Positions 23,901 to 34,736 of a stretch of 64,000 bases of DNA are shown piece by piece. The stretch comes from Mobula hypostoma (lineage: Eukaryota): NCBI RefSeq assembly GCF_963921235.1, contig NC_086097.1, positions 31,808,001-31,872,000 of the forward strand, read 5' to 3'. The notes below the pieces were generated by a model. It made no database searches and was not told the origin of the DNA. It saw nothing but the letters and a program-made list of their open reading frames with translations. The position numbers were made by a program, and so were the translations under genes. Position 1 is the stretch's first letter; the number at the start of each line of letters is the position of its first letter.

Positions 23901-26900
23901 GTGTCTCCCCCACAGTCCCTCTCCCCACCCTTCCCTTTCTGTCCCCAGTGTCTCCCCCACAGTCCCTCTCCACACCCTTCCCTTTCTGTCCCCAGTGTCT
24001 CCCCACCCTTCCCTTTCTGTCCCCAGTGTCTCCCCACCCTTCCCTTTCTGCCCCCCAGTCTGTCTCCCACCCTTCCCTTTTTGTCCCCAGTGTCTTCCCC
24101 ACAGTCCCTCTCCCCACCCTTCCCTTTCTGTCCCCAGTGTCTCCCCACCCTTCCCTTTCTGTCCCCAGTCTCTCCCCACCCTTCCCTTTCTGCCCCCAGT
24201 CTCTCCCCACCCTTCCCTTTCTGCCCCCAGTCTCTCCCTCACCCTTCCCTTTCTGCCCCCCAGTCTCTCCCCACCCTTCCCTTTCTGCCCCCCAGTCTCT
24301 CCCTCACCCTTCCCTTTCTGCCCCCAGTCTGTCTCCCACCCTTCCATTTCTGTCCCCAGTGTCTCCCCCACAGTCCCTCTCCCCACCCTTCCCTTTCTGT
24401 CCCCAGTGTCTCCCCACCCTTCCCTTTCTGCCCCCAGTTTGTCTCCCCACCCTTCCCTTTCTGTCCCCAGTGTCTTCCCCACAGTCCCTCTCCCCACCCT
24501 TCCCTTTCTGTCCCCAGTGTCTCCTCACCCTTCCCTTTCTGTTCCCCCAGTCTCTCCCCACCCTTCCCTTTCTGCTCCCAGTCTCTCCCTGACCCTTCCC
24601 TTTCTGCCCCCCAGTCTCTCCCCACCCTTCCCTTTCTCTGCCCCCAGTCTCTCCCTCACCCTACCCTTTCTGTCCCCAGTGTCTCCCCCCAGTCCCTCTC
24701 CCACCCTTCCCTTTCTGTCCCCAGTGTCTCCCCCACAGTCCCTCTCCCCACCCTTCCCTTTCTGCCCCCAGTGTCTCCCCCACAGTCCCCCTCCCCACCC
24801 TTCCCTTTCTGTCCCCAGTGTCTCCCCCACCCTTCCCTTTCTGCCCCCAGTCTCTCCCCACCCTTCCCTTTCTGCCCCCATTCTCTCCCCACCCTTCCCT
24901 TTCTGCCCCATTTCTCCCCCCCCTTTCTGCCCCAGTCTCTCCCCACCCTTCCCTTTCTGCCCCCATCTCTTCCCCACACTTCCTTTTCTGTCCCCAGTGT
25001 CTCCCCCACCCTTCCCTTTCTGCCCCCAGTCTCTCCCCACCCTTCCCTTTCTGCCCCCCAGTCTCTCCCCACCCTTCCCTTTCTGCCCCCCCAGTCTGTC
25101 TCCCACCCTTCCCTTTCTGCTTCCCAGTCTCTCCCACCCTTCCCTTTCTGTCCCCAGTGTCTCCCCCACAGTCCCTCTCCCCACCCTTCCCTTTCTGTCC
25201 CCAGTGTCTCCCCCACAGTCCCTCTCCCCACCCTTCCCTTTCTGTCCCCAGTGTCTCCCCCCAGTCCTCTCCCCACCCTTCCCTTTCTGCCCCCAGTGTC
25301 TCCCCACCCTTCCCTTTCTGTCCCCAGTGTCTCCCCCACCCTTCCCTTTCTTCCCCCTCTCTCCCCACCCTTCCCTTTCTGCCCCCAGTCCCTCTCCCCA
25401 CCCTTCCCTTTCTGTCCCCAGTCTCTCCCCACCCTTCCCTTTCTGCCCCCCAGTCTCTCCCCACCCTTCCCTTTCTGCCCCCCCAGTCTGTCCCCACCCT
25501 TCCCTTTCTGCTTCCCAGTCTCTCCCACCCTTCCCTTTCTGTCCCCAGTGTCTCCCCCACAGTCCCTCTCCCCACCCTTCCCTTTCTGTCCCCAGTGTCT
25601 CCCCCACAGTCCCTCTCCACACCCTTCCCTTTCTGTCCCCAGTGTCTCCCCACCCTTCCCTTTCTGTCCCCAGTCTCCCCACCCTTCCCTTTCTGCCCCC
25701 ATCGCTCCCCACCCTTCCCTTTTGTCCCCAGTGTCTCCCCACTCCCTCTCCCCACCCTTCCCTTTCTGCCCCAGTTCCCCCACCCTTCCCTTTCTGCCCC
25801 AGTCTCTCCCCACCCTTCCCTTTCTGCCCCCAGTCTCTCCCCACCCTTCCCTTTCTGCCCCCAGTCTCTCCCTACCCTTCCCTTTCTGCCCCCAGTCTCT
25901 CCCTACCCTTCCCTTTCTGCCCCCCAGTCTGTCTCCCACCCTTCCCTTTCTGCCCCCCCAGTCTCTCCCTCACCCTTCCCTTTCTGCCCCCAGTCTGTCT
26001 CCCACCCTTCCATTTCTGTCCCCAGTGTCTCCCCCACAGTCCCTCTCCCCACCCTTCCCTTTCTGTCCCCAGTGTCTCCCCACCCTTCCCTTTCTGCCCC
26101 CAGTTTGTCTCCCACCCTTCCCTTTCTGTCCCCAGTGTCTTCCCCACAGTCCCTCTCCCCACCCTTCCCTTTCTGTCCCCAGTGTCTCCTCACCCTTCCC
26201 TTTCTGTTCCCAGTCTCTCCCCACCCTTCCCTTTCTGCCCCCAGTCTCTCCCCCACCCTTCCCTTTCTGCCCCCAGTCTCTCCCTGACCCTTCCCTTTCT
26301 GCCCCCCAGTCTCTCCCTCACCCTTCCCTTTCTGCCCCCCAGTCTCTCCCCACCCTTCTCTTTCTGCCCCCCCAGTCTCTCCCTCACCCTTCCCTTTCTG
26401 CTTCCCAGTCTGTCTCCCACCCTTCCATTTCTGTCCCCAGTGTCTCCCCCACAGTCCCTCTCCCCACCCTTCCCTTTCTGTCCCCAGTGTCTCCCCACCC
26501 TTCCCTTTCTGCCCCCAGTTTGTCTCCCACCCTTCCCTTTCTGTCCCCAGTGTCTTCCCCACAGTCCCTCTCCCCACCCTTCCCTTTCTGTCCCCAGTGT
26601 CTCCTCACCCTTCCCTTTCTGTTCCCAGTCTCTCCCCACCCTTCCCTTTCTGCTCCCAGTCTCTCCCTGACCCTTCCCTTTCTGCCCCCCAGTCTCTCCC
26701 CACCCTTCCCTTTCTGCCCCCCAGTCTCTCCCTCACCCTACCCTTTCTGCTTCCCAGTCTGTCTCCCACCCTTCCCTTTCTGTCCCCAGTGTCTCCCCCA
26801 CAGTCCCTCTCCCCACCATTCCCTTTCTGTCCCCAGTGTCTCCCCCACAGTCCCACTCCCCACCCTTCCCTTTCTGTCCTCAGTGTCTCCCCCACCCTTC

Positions 26901-27432
26901 CCTTTCTGCCCCCAGTCTCTCCCCTCCCTTCCCTTTCTGCCCCCATTCTCTCCCCCACACTTCCCTTTCTGCCCCATTTCTCCCCACCCCTTTCTGCCCC
27001 AGTCTCTCCCCACCCTTCCCTTTCTGCCCCCACTCTCTTCCCCACACTTCCTTTTCTGTCCCCAGTGTCTCCCCCACCCTTCCCTTTCTGCCCCCAGTCT
27101 GTCTCCCACCCTTCCCTTTCTGCCCCCCCAGTCTGTCTCCCACCCTTCCCATTCTGTCCCCAGTGTCTCCCCCACAGTCCCTCTCCCCACCCTTCCCTTT
27201 CTGTCCCCAGTGTCTCCCCCACAGTCCCTCTCCCCACCCTTCCCTTTCTGTCCCCAGTGTCTCCCCCACCCTTCCTGTCCCCAGTGTCTCCCCACCCTTC
27301 CCTTTCTGCCCCCACTCTCTCCCCCACCCTTCCCTTTCTGCCCCGTTTCTCCCCACCCTTCCCTTTCTGCCCCCCAGTCTTGTTCCCCACCCTCCCTTTT
27401 CTCCCTCCAGTCTCCCCCCAACCCTTTCTGCC
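11990..27432. repeat. 15.4 kb C/T-rich satellite; 30-33 bp monomer CCCACCCTTCCCTTTCTG(C/T)CCCCAGTCTCT with longer variants and higher-order repeats
   Basis: Continuous tandem array. Rare variants recur at fixed spacing: the TAA of cttaatgcccc ends at 15101, 16779, 18426 and 21844, and ctgcggccta starts at 20311 and 23761. Confidence 0.97.
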
Positions 27433-29222
27433 TTCCTTCTGTCTCTGCTTCCAACTAAGGGTGATTGTTCTGCTGTGCCAATCTAAACACACACTCTTCC
27501 TGTGTGAGGCTGGACTGTCAGCCATGATGGGCTGTTCCCCCACACTGTGCATCACCTCTCTCTGTTTATTTGCTGGCTTAGCCACTGAGTTTTGGAAGAG
27601 GGGGACAAGGGTGTGTTTGAGTAGGTTCTCCACAGATTATCCTTGCCCTCCTTCTCTGAATTCTCCCTCCAACCTTCTTGCAAGACCCTTCCCTCCCCAC
27701 AGGTGTAGACAAGCATTAGTCTCTGGGAGAGGCCACTACTCTGTCCCTGACCACCCCCAGTCCCAATCCAGGCACTTCCCATCGTGAACCCAGTGCTCAG
27801 TTCATCTGGCTTCACGATGAGTCTTTGCCCACTGGTGGTGTGGATCAATGCAGCTCAAGCAAGCAGTCGACCAGCCGTCCTGTCAGCTACCTGTGTATGG
27901 CAGACTTGGGAGCAGAGTGTCAGCCGTGCTTCTTTGCGCATAATGTGCTTTGACCCGGTTGAATTTTCATTGAATCTTTGTAGCTGATGGCTGATCAGGG
28001 TGCTGTGTGTTTTGGTGGTGTGCATGTGTGAGTCAGTCCTCGTTGTGCTTGCACTGATTCTTGTGTTACTCTGGGTGGTGATGTTACTCAGTGTTTGAGG
28101 TCTGTGTTTTCCAGTGCGGGGAGCAAGTCACATCTCAGTTGCGCCTGCTGTTGAGTACTATAAGTCCGCTTCAGGAATCGTTGGGCTTTTTCTCTGACAA
28201 CAACCCCCCTGCCACACCCAGACCTCTCTTGCCCCTGTCCTGGGACCCGCCACCTTTCTGCCCATTCCCACTTCACAACCCCGCAATTCTGTTCCTCCTG
28301 AGCCTCGGCACTGTCTTGTTCCTCCCGGATTTGTGACTCCTTCTGGCCTGCTGACCCTCCCAGATGTTTGTGCTTCCCCCAGCTCTGGCCTCTCACTGGC
28401 TCATCCCACAGCTGTCCTCCCCACCGGAGTCAGGGGGAGACTAGGGTGTCCTCGTCCGAAACAAGTACTACGGCGTAGATTTAAGTTGGGTGGAGGGGAG
28501 AAGTTTGAACAGGAGCGTGATTGGCAAGCAACACATTGCACAGGAAAGGTAGAGGATTAAATTTATTCCCAATATACATTGGGAATGTACAGTATTAATA
28601 ATTTGCAATGGCGTGTTGGTCAGGGTGCAACATGCAACGAAAAGAAACACTCAATAATGATAAAGAATTACGTATATAAAATTAGAGGTTAATGTCGGGA
28701 TCGTATGTGGGATGAGCTGCTAGCGAGTGATTGAGACAGGTACTATAACTTAAAAGGCAGTTGGACAGGTATATGGATTGGAAAGATTTAAAAAGAAAAA
28801 TTAGCTTTATTTGCCACAAACGTTGAACCACACTATGAAATGCATCATTTGGTCAATGACAAACTCATTCCGAGGATGTGTTGGGGGAAACATAGAAAAC
28901 CTACAGCACAATACAGGCCCTTCGACCCACAAAACTGTGCCAAAGATGTCCTCACCTTAGAAATTACCTAGGGTTAGCTGTAGCCCTCTAAGTGCTTCTG
29001 TTGCCAGTGTAGCATGCGCACAACATAAAGAAAGTTCTGGTCCATGCGCTGGCAAATGGGACTAGCTTGGATGGGGCATCTTGGTCAGCATGGAGTAGAT
29101 GGGCCGAAGGGTTTGTTTCGCGCTGTGTGACTCTAAGACTCCATTGTTCTACGCCGTGATTGTAGCTCTCAACCACTCCAAGCACATGTGGAGATGTGGA
29201 TCAAGAGCAGACCCCTTGATTC

Positions 29223-29872
29223 CCAAACACAAAATAATCTGCAGATGCTGTGATCAAAGCAGCACTTTCAGTACGCTGGATGAACTCAGCAGGTCGAGCA
29301 GCATCACTTAGAAATGATGAGTCGACGTTTCGGGCTGGAACCCTTCGTCAGGACTGAAGAGTGAAAGATGGGGAAGGATTTGAAGAATGCTTGTAGCTTC
29401 AGTTGAAAGACCAGTAATTTGGAAGACAAAGAGGTGGGGGAGGGGAAGCATTGACGTCATAGCCCTGAAAACAATGGGTAGTAGAAGAAGGAGGTGGAAC
29501 CATGAGGGAGCTGGGGGAGGGGGTAGAGTGAAATAGGGATAGAGGAAGGGAGGGGGAGGGAATTACCGGAAGTTGGAGATTTCTATGTTCATACCAAGGG
29601 GCTGGAGACTACCTAGATGGTATATCAGGTGTTGCCTCATCATGGCAGTAGAGGAGGCCATGTATAGACATATCTGAATGGGAATGGGAAGCAGAGTTGA
29701 AGTGGGTGGCTATCGGGAGATCCTGTCTGTTGTGGTGGACGGAGTGGAGGTGCTTGACGAAGCGGTCCCCCAATCTGCGTCGGGTTTCACTGATGTAGGG
29801 GAGGCTGCACCGGGAGCACCGGATGCAATAGATGACCTCAATAGGCTAACAAGTGAAGTGTTGTCTCACATC
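29223..29872 (-). mobile_element. Penelope-like element 3' fragment (GIY-YIG endonuclease end plus terminal repeat)
   Basis: Minus strand reads VIYCIRCSRC..PYISETRRRLGDRFVKH, followed by a terminal repeat with a hammerhead motif. Confidence 0.85.
29320..29356 (-). ncRNA. Minimal type I hammerhead ribozyme motif (Penelope-associated)
   Basis: Minus strand: cagtc-CTGACGA-agggttccagccc-GAAA-C-GTC-gact, with stem I, core, stem II and GUC site present. Confidence 0.75.
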
Positions 29873-30319
29873 AGACAAAGTTTCTCTTTTTGCCCATCTC
29901 GTCCATGTTATTCTGCCTAGTTTCATTGATCCACACCTAGACCATAGCCCTCTATTTGTGTACTTATCCAAACTTCTCTTAAAAGTTGCAATTGAATCCA
30001 CATCCACCTCTGGCACCACATCTTTGCACCACTCTCTTAAATATATCTTCCTTCACCCTTAACCTATGACCTCATTCAGCCTTAGTGGAAAAACAAACCT
30101 GAGAAAATCTGTGGATGCTGGAAATCAAAGCAACACACAGAAAGCACTGGAGGAGCTCAGCAGGCCAGGCAGCATCTATGGAAAAGAGTAAACAGTCCCC
30201 TGATGAGGAAAAGCCAACTTGCATTTATTCTGTTGATACCCCTCATAATTTTGTATGCCTCTATCAAATCTCCCTTCATTCTCCTACACTCCAGGGAGTA
30301 AATTCCTAACCTACTCAAC

Positions 30320-30852
30320 CTGAGGTATTGGTCAGACTGCACAGAGTATTGCGAGCAGTTTTGGGCCCCATATTTAAGGAAGGTTGTGCTGACATTGGAG
30401 GTTCATCAGAAGGATTCTAGGAATGAAAGGGTCAAGGTATGAGGAGCATTTGATGGCTCTGGGCCATCTGGAATTTAGAAGAATGAAAGGGGATCTCATT
30501 GAAACCCATATTGAATATTGAAAGGCCTAGATAGAGTGGACATGGCGAAGATGTTTCCAATAGTGGGAGAGTCAGGACCAGAGGGCACAGCCTCAGAATA
30601 CAAGGGTAGCCTTTTAGAACAGAGATGAGGAATTTCTTTAGTCAGAGGATAGTGAATCTGTGGAATTCATTGTCACAGACAGCTGTGGAAGCCAAATCTT
30701 TTGGTCTACTTATAAAGTAGAAGTTGACAGGTTTTTGACTGGTAAAGGTTATACGGAGAAGGCAAGAGAATGGGGCTGAAAGCCATGATCGAATGGTGCA
30801 GCAGGCTCGATGGGCTGACTGGCCTAATTTTTTTCCTATATTTTATGATCTC
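30320..30852 (+). mobile_element. Decayed CR1 3' fragment
   Basis: Similar to the 3' end of the 3108-4960 element (ttggtcagac..gagtattg..cagttttgg, gaatctgtggaattc, 3' UTR hairpin region). Confidence 0.75.
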
Positions 30853-31037
30853 AACCTTTCCCTATAACTCAGCTCCTCAAATCCTGGCAGCAACCTTTTC
30901 TGTCCTCTTCCCAGTGACAGGGGCTGAGGGGAGATCTGATGGAGGTTTATAAGATTATGAGAGGCATAGACAGAATAGAATTTTTCTCCTAGACAGAATA
31001 TGTCTAATTTCAGAGGGCATGTATTATGAGTGAGAGG

Positions 31038-31345
31038 GAGGCACAGTAACGTAGCGGTCAGCATTACGCTTTGCCGCACCTGCGATACGAGTTCAATTCC
31101 TGCGGCTGTCTGTGAGGAGTTTATACGTTCTCATGACTGTGTGGATTTCCTCTGAGTGCCCCTTTTTCCTCCCACGTTCCAAAGACATGCAGGTTAGGGT
31201 TAGTGAGTTGTGGGCTTGCTATGTTGTTGCCAGTGGTGTGGCGACACTGGCTGTCCCCAGCACATCCTCGGATCGTATTGATCACTGATGCATTTCACTT
31301 TACGTTTCAATGCCCTTGGCAAATAAAAACTAACCTTCAATCTCT
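31038..31345 (+). mobile_element. tRNA-derived V-SINE (HE1/HER1-like)
   Basis: A-box-like gtagcggtcag, B-box gagttcaattcc, and V-domain gtctgtgaggagtttatacgttctc..ggatttcctctgagtgcc..ttcctcccacgttccaaagac. Related minus-strand copies at about 43310-43615, 52390-52700 and 61110-61400. Confidence 0.75.
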
Positions 31346-31639
31346 ATCTTGTCTTTAAAGGAGGTATGCAGGGCAATTTTATTTTCACACAGAGAGTGGT
31401 GGGTGCCTGGGATGCGCTGCCTTTTGTGGTGGTGGAGGTGCATATGACAGGGGTTTTAAGAGGCTCTCAAATGGGCACAAAAATGACAGGGAATGGAAGG
31501 TTGTGGACGTTGTATAGGTAGACGGGATTAGTGTAGTTGGGTATTTGATTACTAAAGAAATTCAGTTGGCACAACATTGTGAGGCTGAAGAGTCTCTCGT
31601 GTGTTGTATGTTCTGAGCTCTGTGTTCCAGATCTCCACA

Positions 31640-31982
31640 CATAGAACATAGAAATCTACAGCACATTACAGGCCCTTCGGCCCACAATATTGTGCTGACC
31701 ACGTAACCTACTCTGGAAACTGCTTAGAATTTCCATACTGCATAGCACTCTACTTTTCTAAGCTCCATGTAGCTATCTAAGACTCTTTTAAAAGACCCGA
31801 TTGTATCTGCCTCTACCACTGCTGCTGGCAGTGCATTCCACACACCCACCACTCTCTGTGTGAAAAACTTGCCTCTAACATCCCCCTTGTACCTACTTCC
31901 AAGCAGCTTAAAACTATGCCCCCTCGTGTTAGCCATTTCAGCCCTGGGGAGAATCCTCTGGCTATCCACACGATCAATGCCT
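31640..31982 (-). mobile_element. CR1 3' end
   Basis: ORF 31724..31969 DSQRILPRAEMANTRGHSFKL..FFTQRVVGVWNALP, with a (TAGAACA)n tail. Confidence 0.85.
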
Positions 31983-33467
31983 CAAACAAATGAACTTAGC
32001 AGAGGAAGTGACTGAGGGATATGGGCCAAATACAAGACTGGGTCAGTATAGACCAATTGGGCCAAAGGGCCTGCTTCTTACTACAAGTGTAGGAATTCTG
32101 TGTTGGTCTGAGTATTAGTGTGTGTGAGATGTGGGGCAGTAAGTGGGGGCGTTACAGTGCCCCAATTCCCGAAGGTTGAGTAACTTGCCCTCTGTCGTTA
32201 CTGACCTGTGGGGCAAAGCCCCTCCGTAACTGGGAGGCTCACTGGGTTGCCCCTGGGGGGAGGCAGAAGTTGAGATGGTAGGCCCAGGGGATGCGGAGAG
32301 GCACTGCGGTGGGTCCTGGCCTCCTCAGCGGCATCTGCAGCAATTCACTCTCTCCTCGTATCCGTGTGAAGGAAGTTGGCATGCCAGCCCTTTCAGGAAA
32401 GATGCACTTCCAGCCTGGCTGGAGGGGTGTCTCATTGTGTGAGGTTTGGGAGATTTTTCAGTTTGAGGGAAGAGCTTGTTCTGGTTGAAGTGATGCAGGG
32501 GAGGGCCAGGGCGGAATCCCTGGAGACGTTCGTCGTTGGCTTTCAGACAATTCAGCCAGAGTTCAAGGCAGCCGATTTGGCTTCACCCGGCTGGGACTCG
32601 CTCTCCTCTCCTCTCCCGTCCCCCCCCACCTGAGTCTCACTGAAACCAGCTCCGCTCCTGTGGACTCTCCCTGGGTAGCCACCTGCCTCTCATTCTCTTT
32701 GCAGTGTAGGCAGGAAGGCACAGCACAGGCCCTTCAACCTGCTGTGTCTGTACCGAAATGGATAATACCAGGGCACAGAACTTTAAGGTGATTAGAGAAA
32801 AGTACAAGGGAGATGTCAGAGGCAGGCTTTTTTACACAGAGGGTAGTGGGTGCATGAAATGCCCTACAAGGAGTGGTGGTAGAGGCAGATGCATTAGGGA
32901 CATTTAAGAAACTTTTAGGCACATGGATGAAAGAAAACTGGAGAGCTACTTGGGAGGGAAGGGTTAGACATAGGTTAAAAGGTTGGCAGCATATCATGGA
33001 CAGAAAGGCCTGTACTATGTTGTTCCATGTAGGCCCTTTCACCCATGAACAAAGTAAAACTAACAATTAACTAATCCCTTCTGCCCACAATGTCCTTACC
33101 CCTCCATTCTTTGGACATCCATGTGCCGAGCTAAGATCCTCTTAAATGCCTTTATTGTATCTGCCTCTACCACCACTCCAGGCAGAACTCCAGCCACCTT
33201 CCACTCCCTGTGTTTAAAAAAAACTTGTCCCACAGATCTCCCTTACCCCTCTCACCATAAATGCACACCAGTCTGGTACTGGTAAGAGTGTACAGAATCA
33301 GATTCTGGTGTAATATCACCAGCATATGTCGTGAAATTTGTTAACTGTGGCAGCAGTACAGTGCAACACATGATAATATAGAAAAATACTGTAATTACAA
33401 TAACTATGTGTATGTGTGTGTATGTATGTATGTGTATATATCTATATCTATCTATCTATATATATGT

Positions 33468-33764
33468 TGGCGTGTGGCCAAATGGTTAAGGCATCAGTCT
33501 AGGGATCTGAAGGTTGCTAGTTCGAGCCTTGGCTGAGGCAGCGTATGTGTCCTTAAGCAAGGCACTTAACCACACATTGCTCTGCAACGACGCGGGTGCC
33601 AAGCTGTATCAGCCCTGGTGCCCCTCCCTTGGACAACATCGGTGGCATGGAGAAATGAGACTTGCAGCATGGGCAACTGCGGGTCTTCCATACAACCTTG
33701 CCCAGGCCTGCGCCCTGGAAACCTTCCAAATCGCAAATCCGTGGTCTCATGAGACTAACGGATG

Positions 33765-33770
<6 letters not shown>
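33468..33770 (+). mobile_element. tRNA-derived SINE with CORE-like central domain
   Basis: A box tggccaaatgg, B box agttcgagcc, and CORE-like gtgtccttaagcaaggcacttaacc. Same family as 62438-62736. Confidence 0.85.
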
Positions 33771-33816
<46 letters not shown>

Positions 33817-33818
33817 TA

Positions 33819-34687
33819 CAGTAGCATGCAAAAGTTTGGGCACCCAGGTCAAAATTTCTGTTACTGTGAATAACTAAGCAGGGCACCCTGCATGGCAGTA
33901 CTTAGTAACACCCCCTTTGGCAAGTATCACAGCTTGTAAATGCTTTCTGTAGCCAGCTAAGAGCCTTTCACTTCTTGTTTGGGAGATTTTTGCCCATTCT
34001 TCCTTGCAAAAGGCTTCTAGTTCTGTGAGATTCTTGGGCCGTCTTGCATGCACTGCTCTTTTGAGGTCTATCCACAGGTTTTCAGTGATGTTTAGGTCAG
34101 GGGACTGTGAGGGCCATGGCAAAACCTTCAGCTTGCGCCTCTTGAGGTAGTCCATTGTGGATTTTGAGGTGTGCTTAGGATCATTATCCTGTTGTAGAAG
34201 CCATCCTCTTTTCACCTTCAGCTTTTTTACAGACGGTGTGATGTTTGCTTCCAGAATTTGCTGGTGTTTAATTGAATTCATTCTTCCCTCTACCAGTAAA
34301 TGTTCCCCATGCCACTGGCTGCAACACAAGCCCAAAGCATGATCGATCCACCCCCATGCTTAACAGTTGGAGAGGTGTTCTTTTCATGAAGTTCTGCACC
34401 CTTTTTTCTCCAAACATACCTTTGCTCATTGTGGCCAAAAATTTCTATTTTAACTTCATCATTCCACAGGACTTGTTTCCAAAATGCATCCGTCTTGTTT
34501 AGATGTTCCTTTGCAAACTTCTGATGCTGAATTTTGGCTGCAATGAGCAAAGTTTTCTTCCTTAAAATATTAAAGAAATGTGTCATCTTTAACTTTATAC
34601 CTTTTGGAAATCAGTTCATCTTTTACTCGCTTAGCTATTCACAGTAACAGAAATTTTGACTGGGGTGCCCAAACTTTTGCATGCCAC

Positions 34688-34689
<2 letters not shown>
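33819..34689 (-). mobile_element. Internally deleted Tc1/mariner DNA transposon (DD34E-type transposase remnant)
   Basis: About 60 bp matching terminal inverted repeats (cagtagcatgcaaaagtttgggcacc.. and ..ggtgcccaaacttttgcatgccactg), TA at 33817-33818, and motifs VLWNDE, TVKHGGGSIMLW, QQDNDPKH, WPSQSPDLNITENLW across two frames. Confidence 0.95.

Positions 34690-34736
<47 letters not shown>

Noticed and set aside
11990..27432. CRISPR array, telomeric repeat or immunoglobulin switch region
   Set aside because: The context is eukaryotic, the inter-core sequences are variants of one another rather than unique spacers, there is no TTAGGG array, no AGCT-rich units and no Ig exons.
11610..27787. 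Very long Pro/Ser/Phe/Leu-rich (+) and Gly/Arg/Glu/Lys-rich (-) ORFs of up to 2303 aa, resembling extensins or mucins
   Set aside because: All six frames are open because the satellite rarely forms stop codons. Monomer lengths are not multiples of three and frames shift freely.
30198..30215. CTGATGAGGAAA hammerhead-like word
   Set aside because: A junction between a Penelope repeat fragment and a CR1 fragment, with no stem II or cleavage triplet.
33468..33540. tRNA gene (also 62440-62510)
   Set aside because: The A and B boxes continue into a shared 230 bp SINE body with a tail, and the second copy has a TSD; these are SINE heads.
33874..34586. Active transposase
   Set aside because: Frameshifted and missing the N-terminal DNA-binding region.
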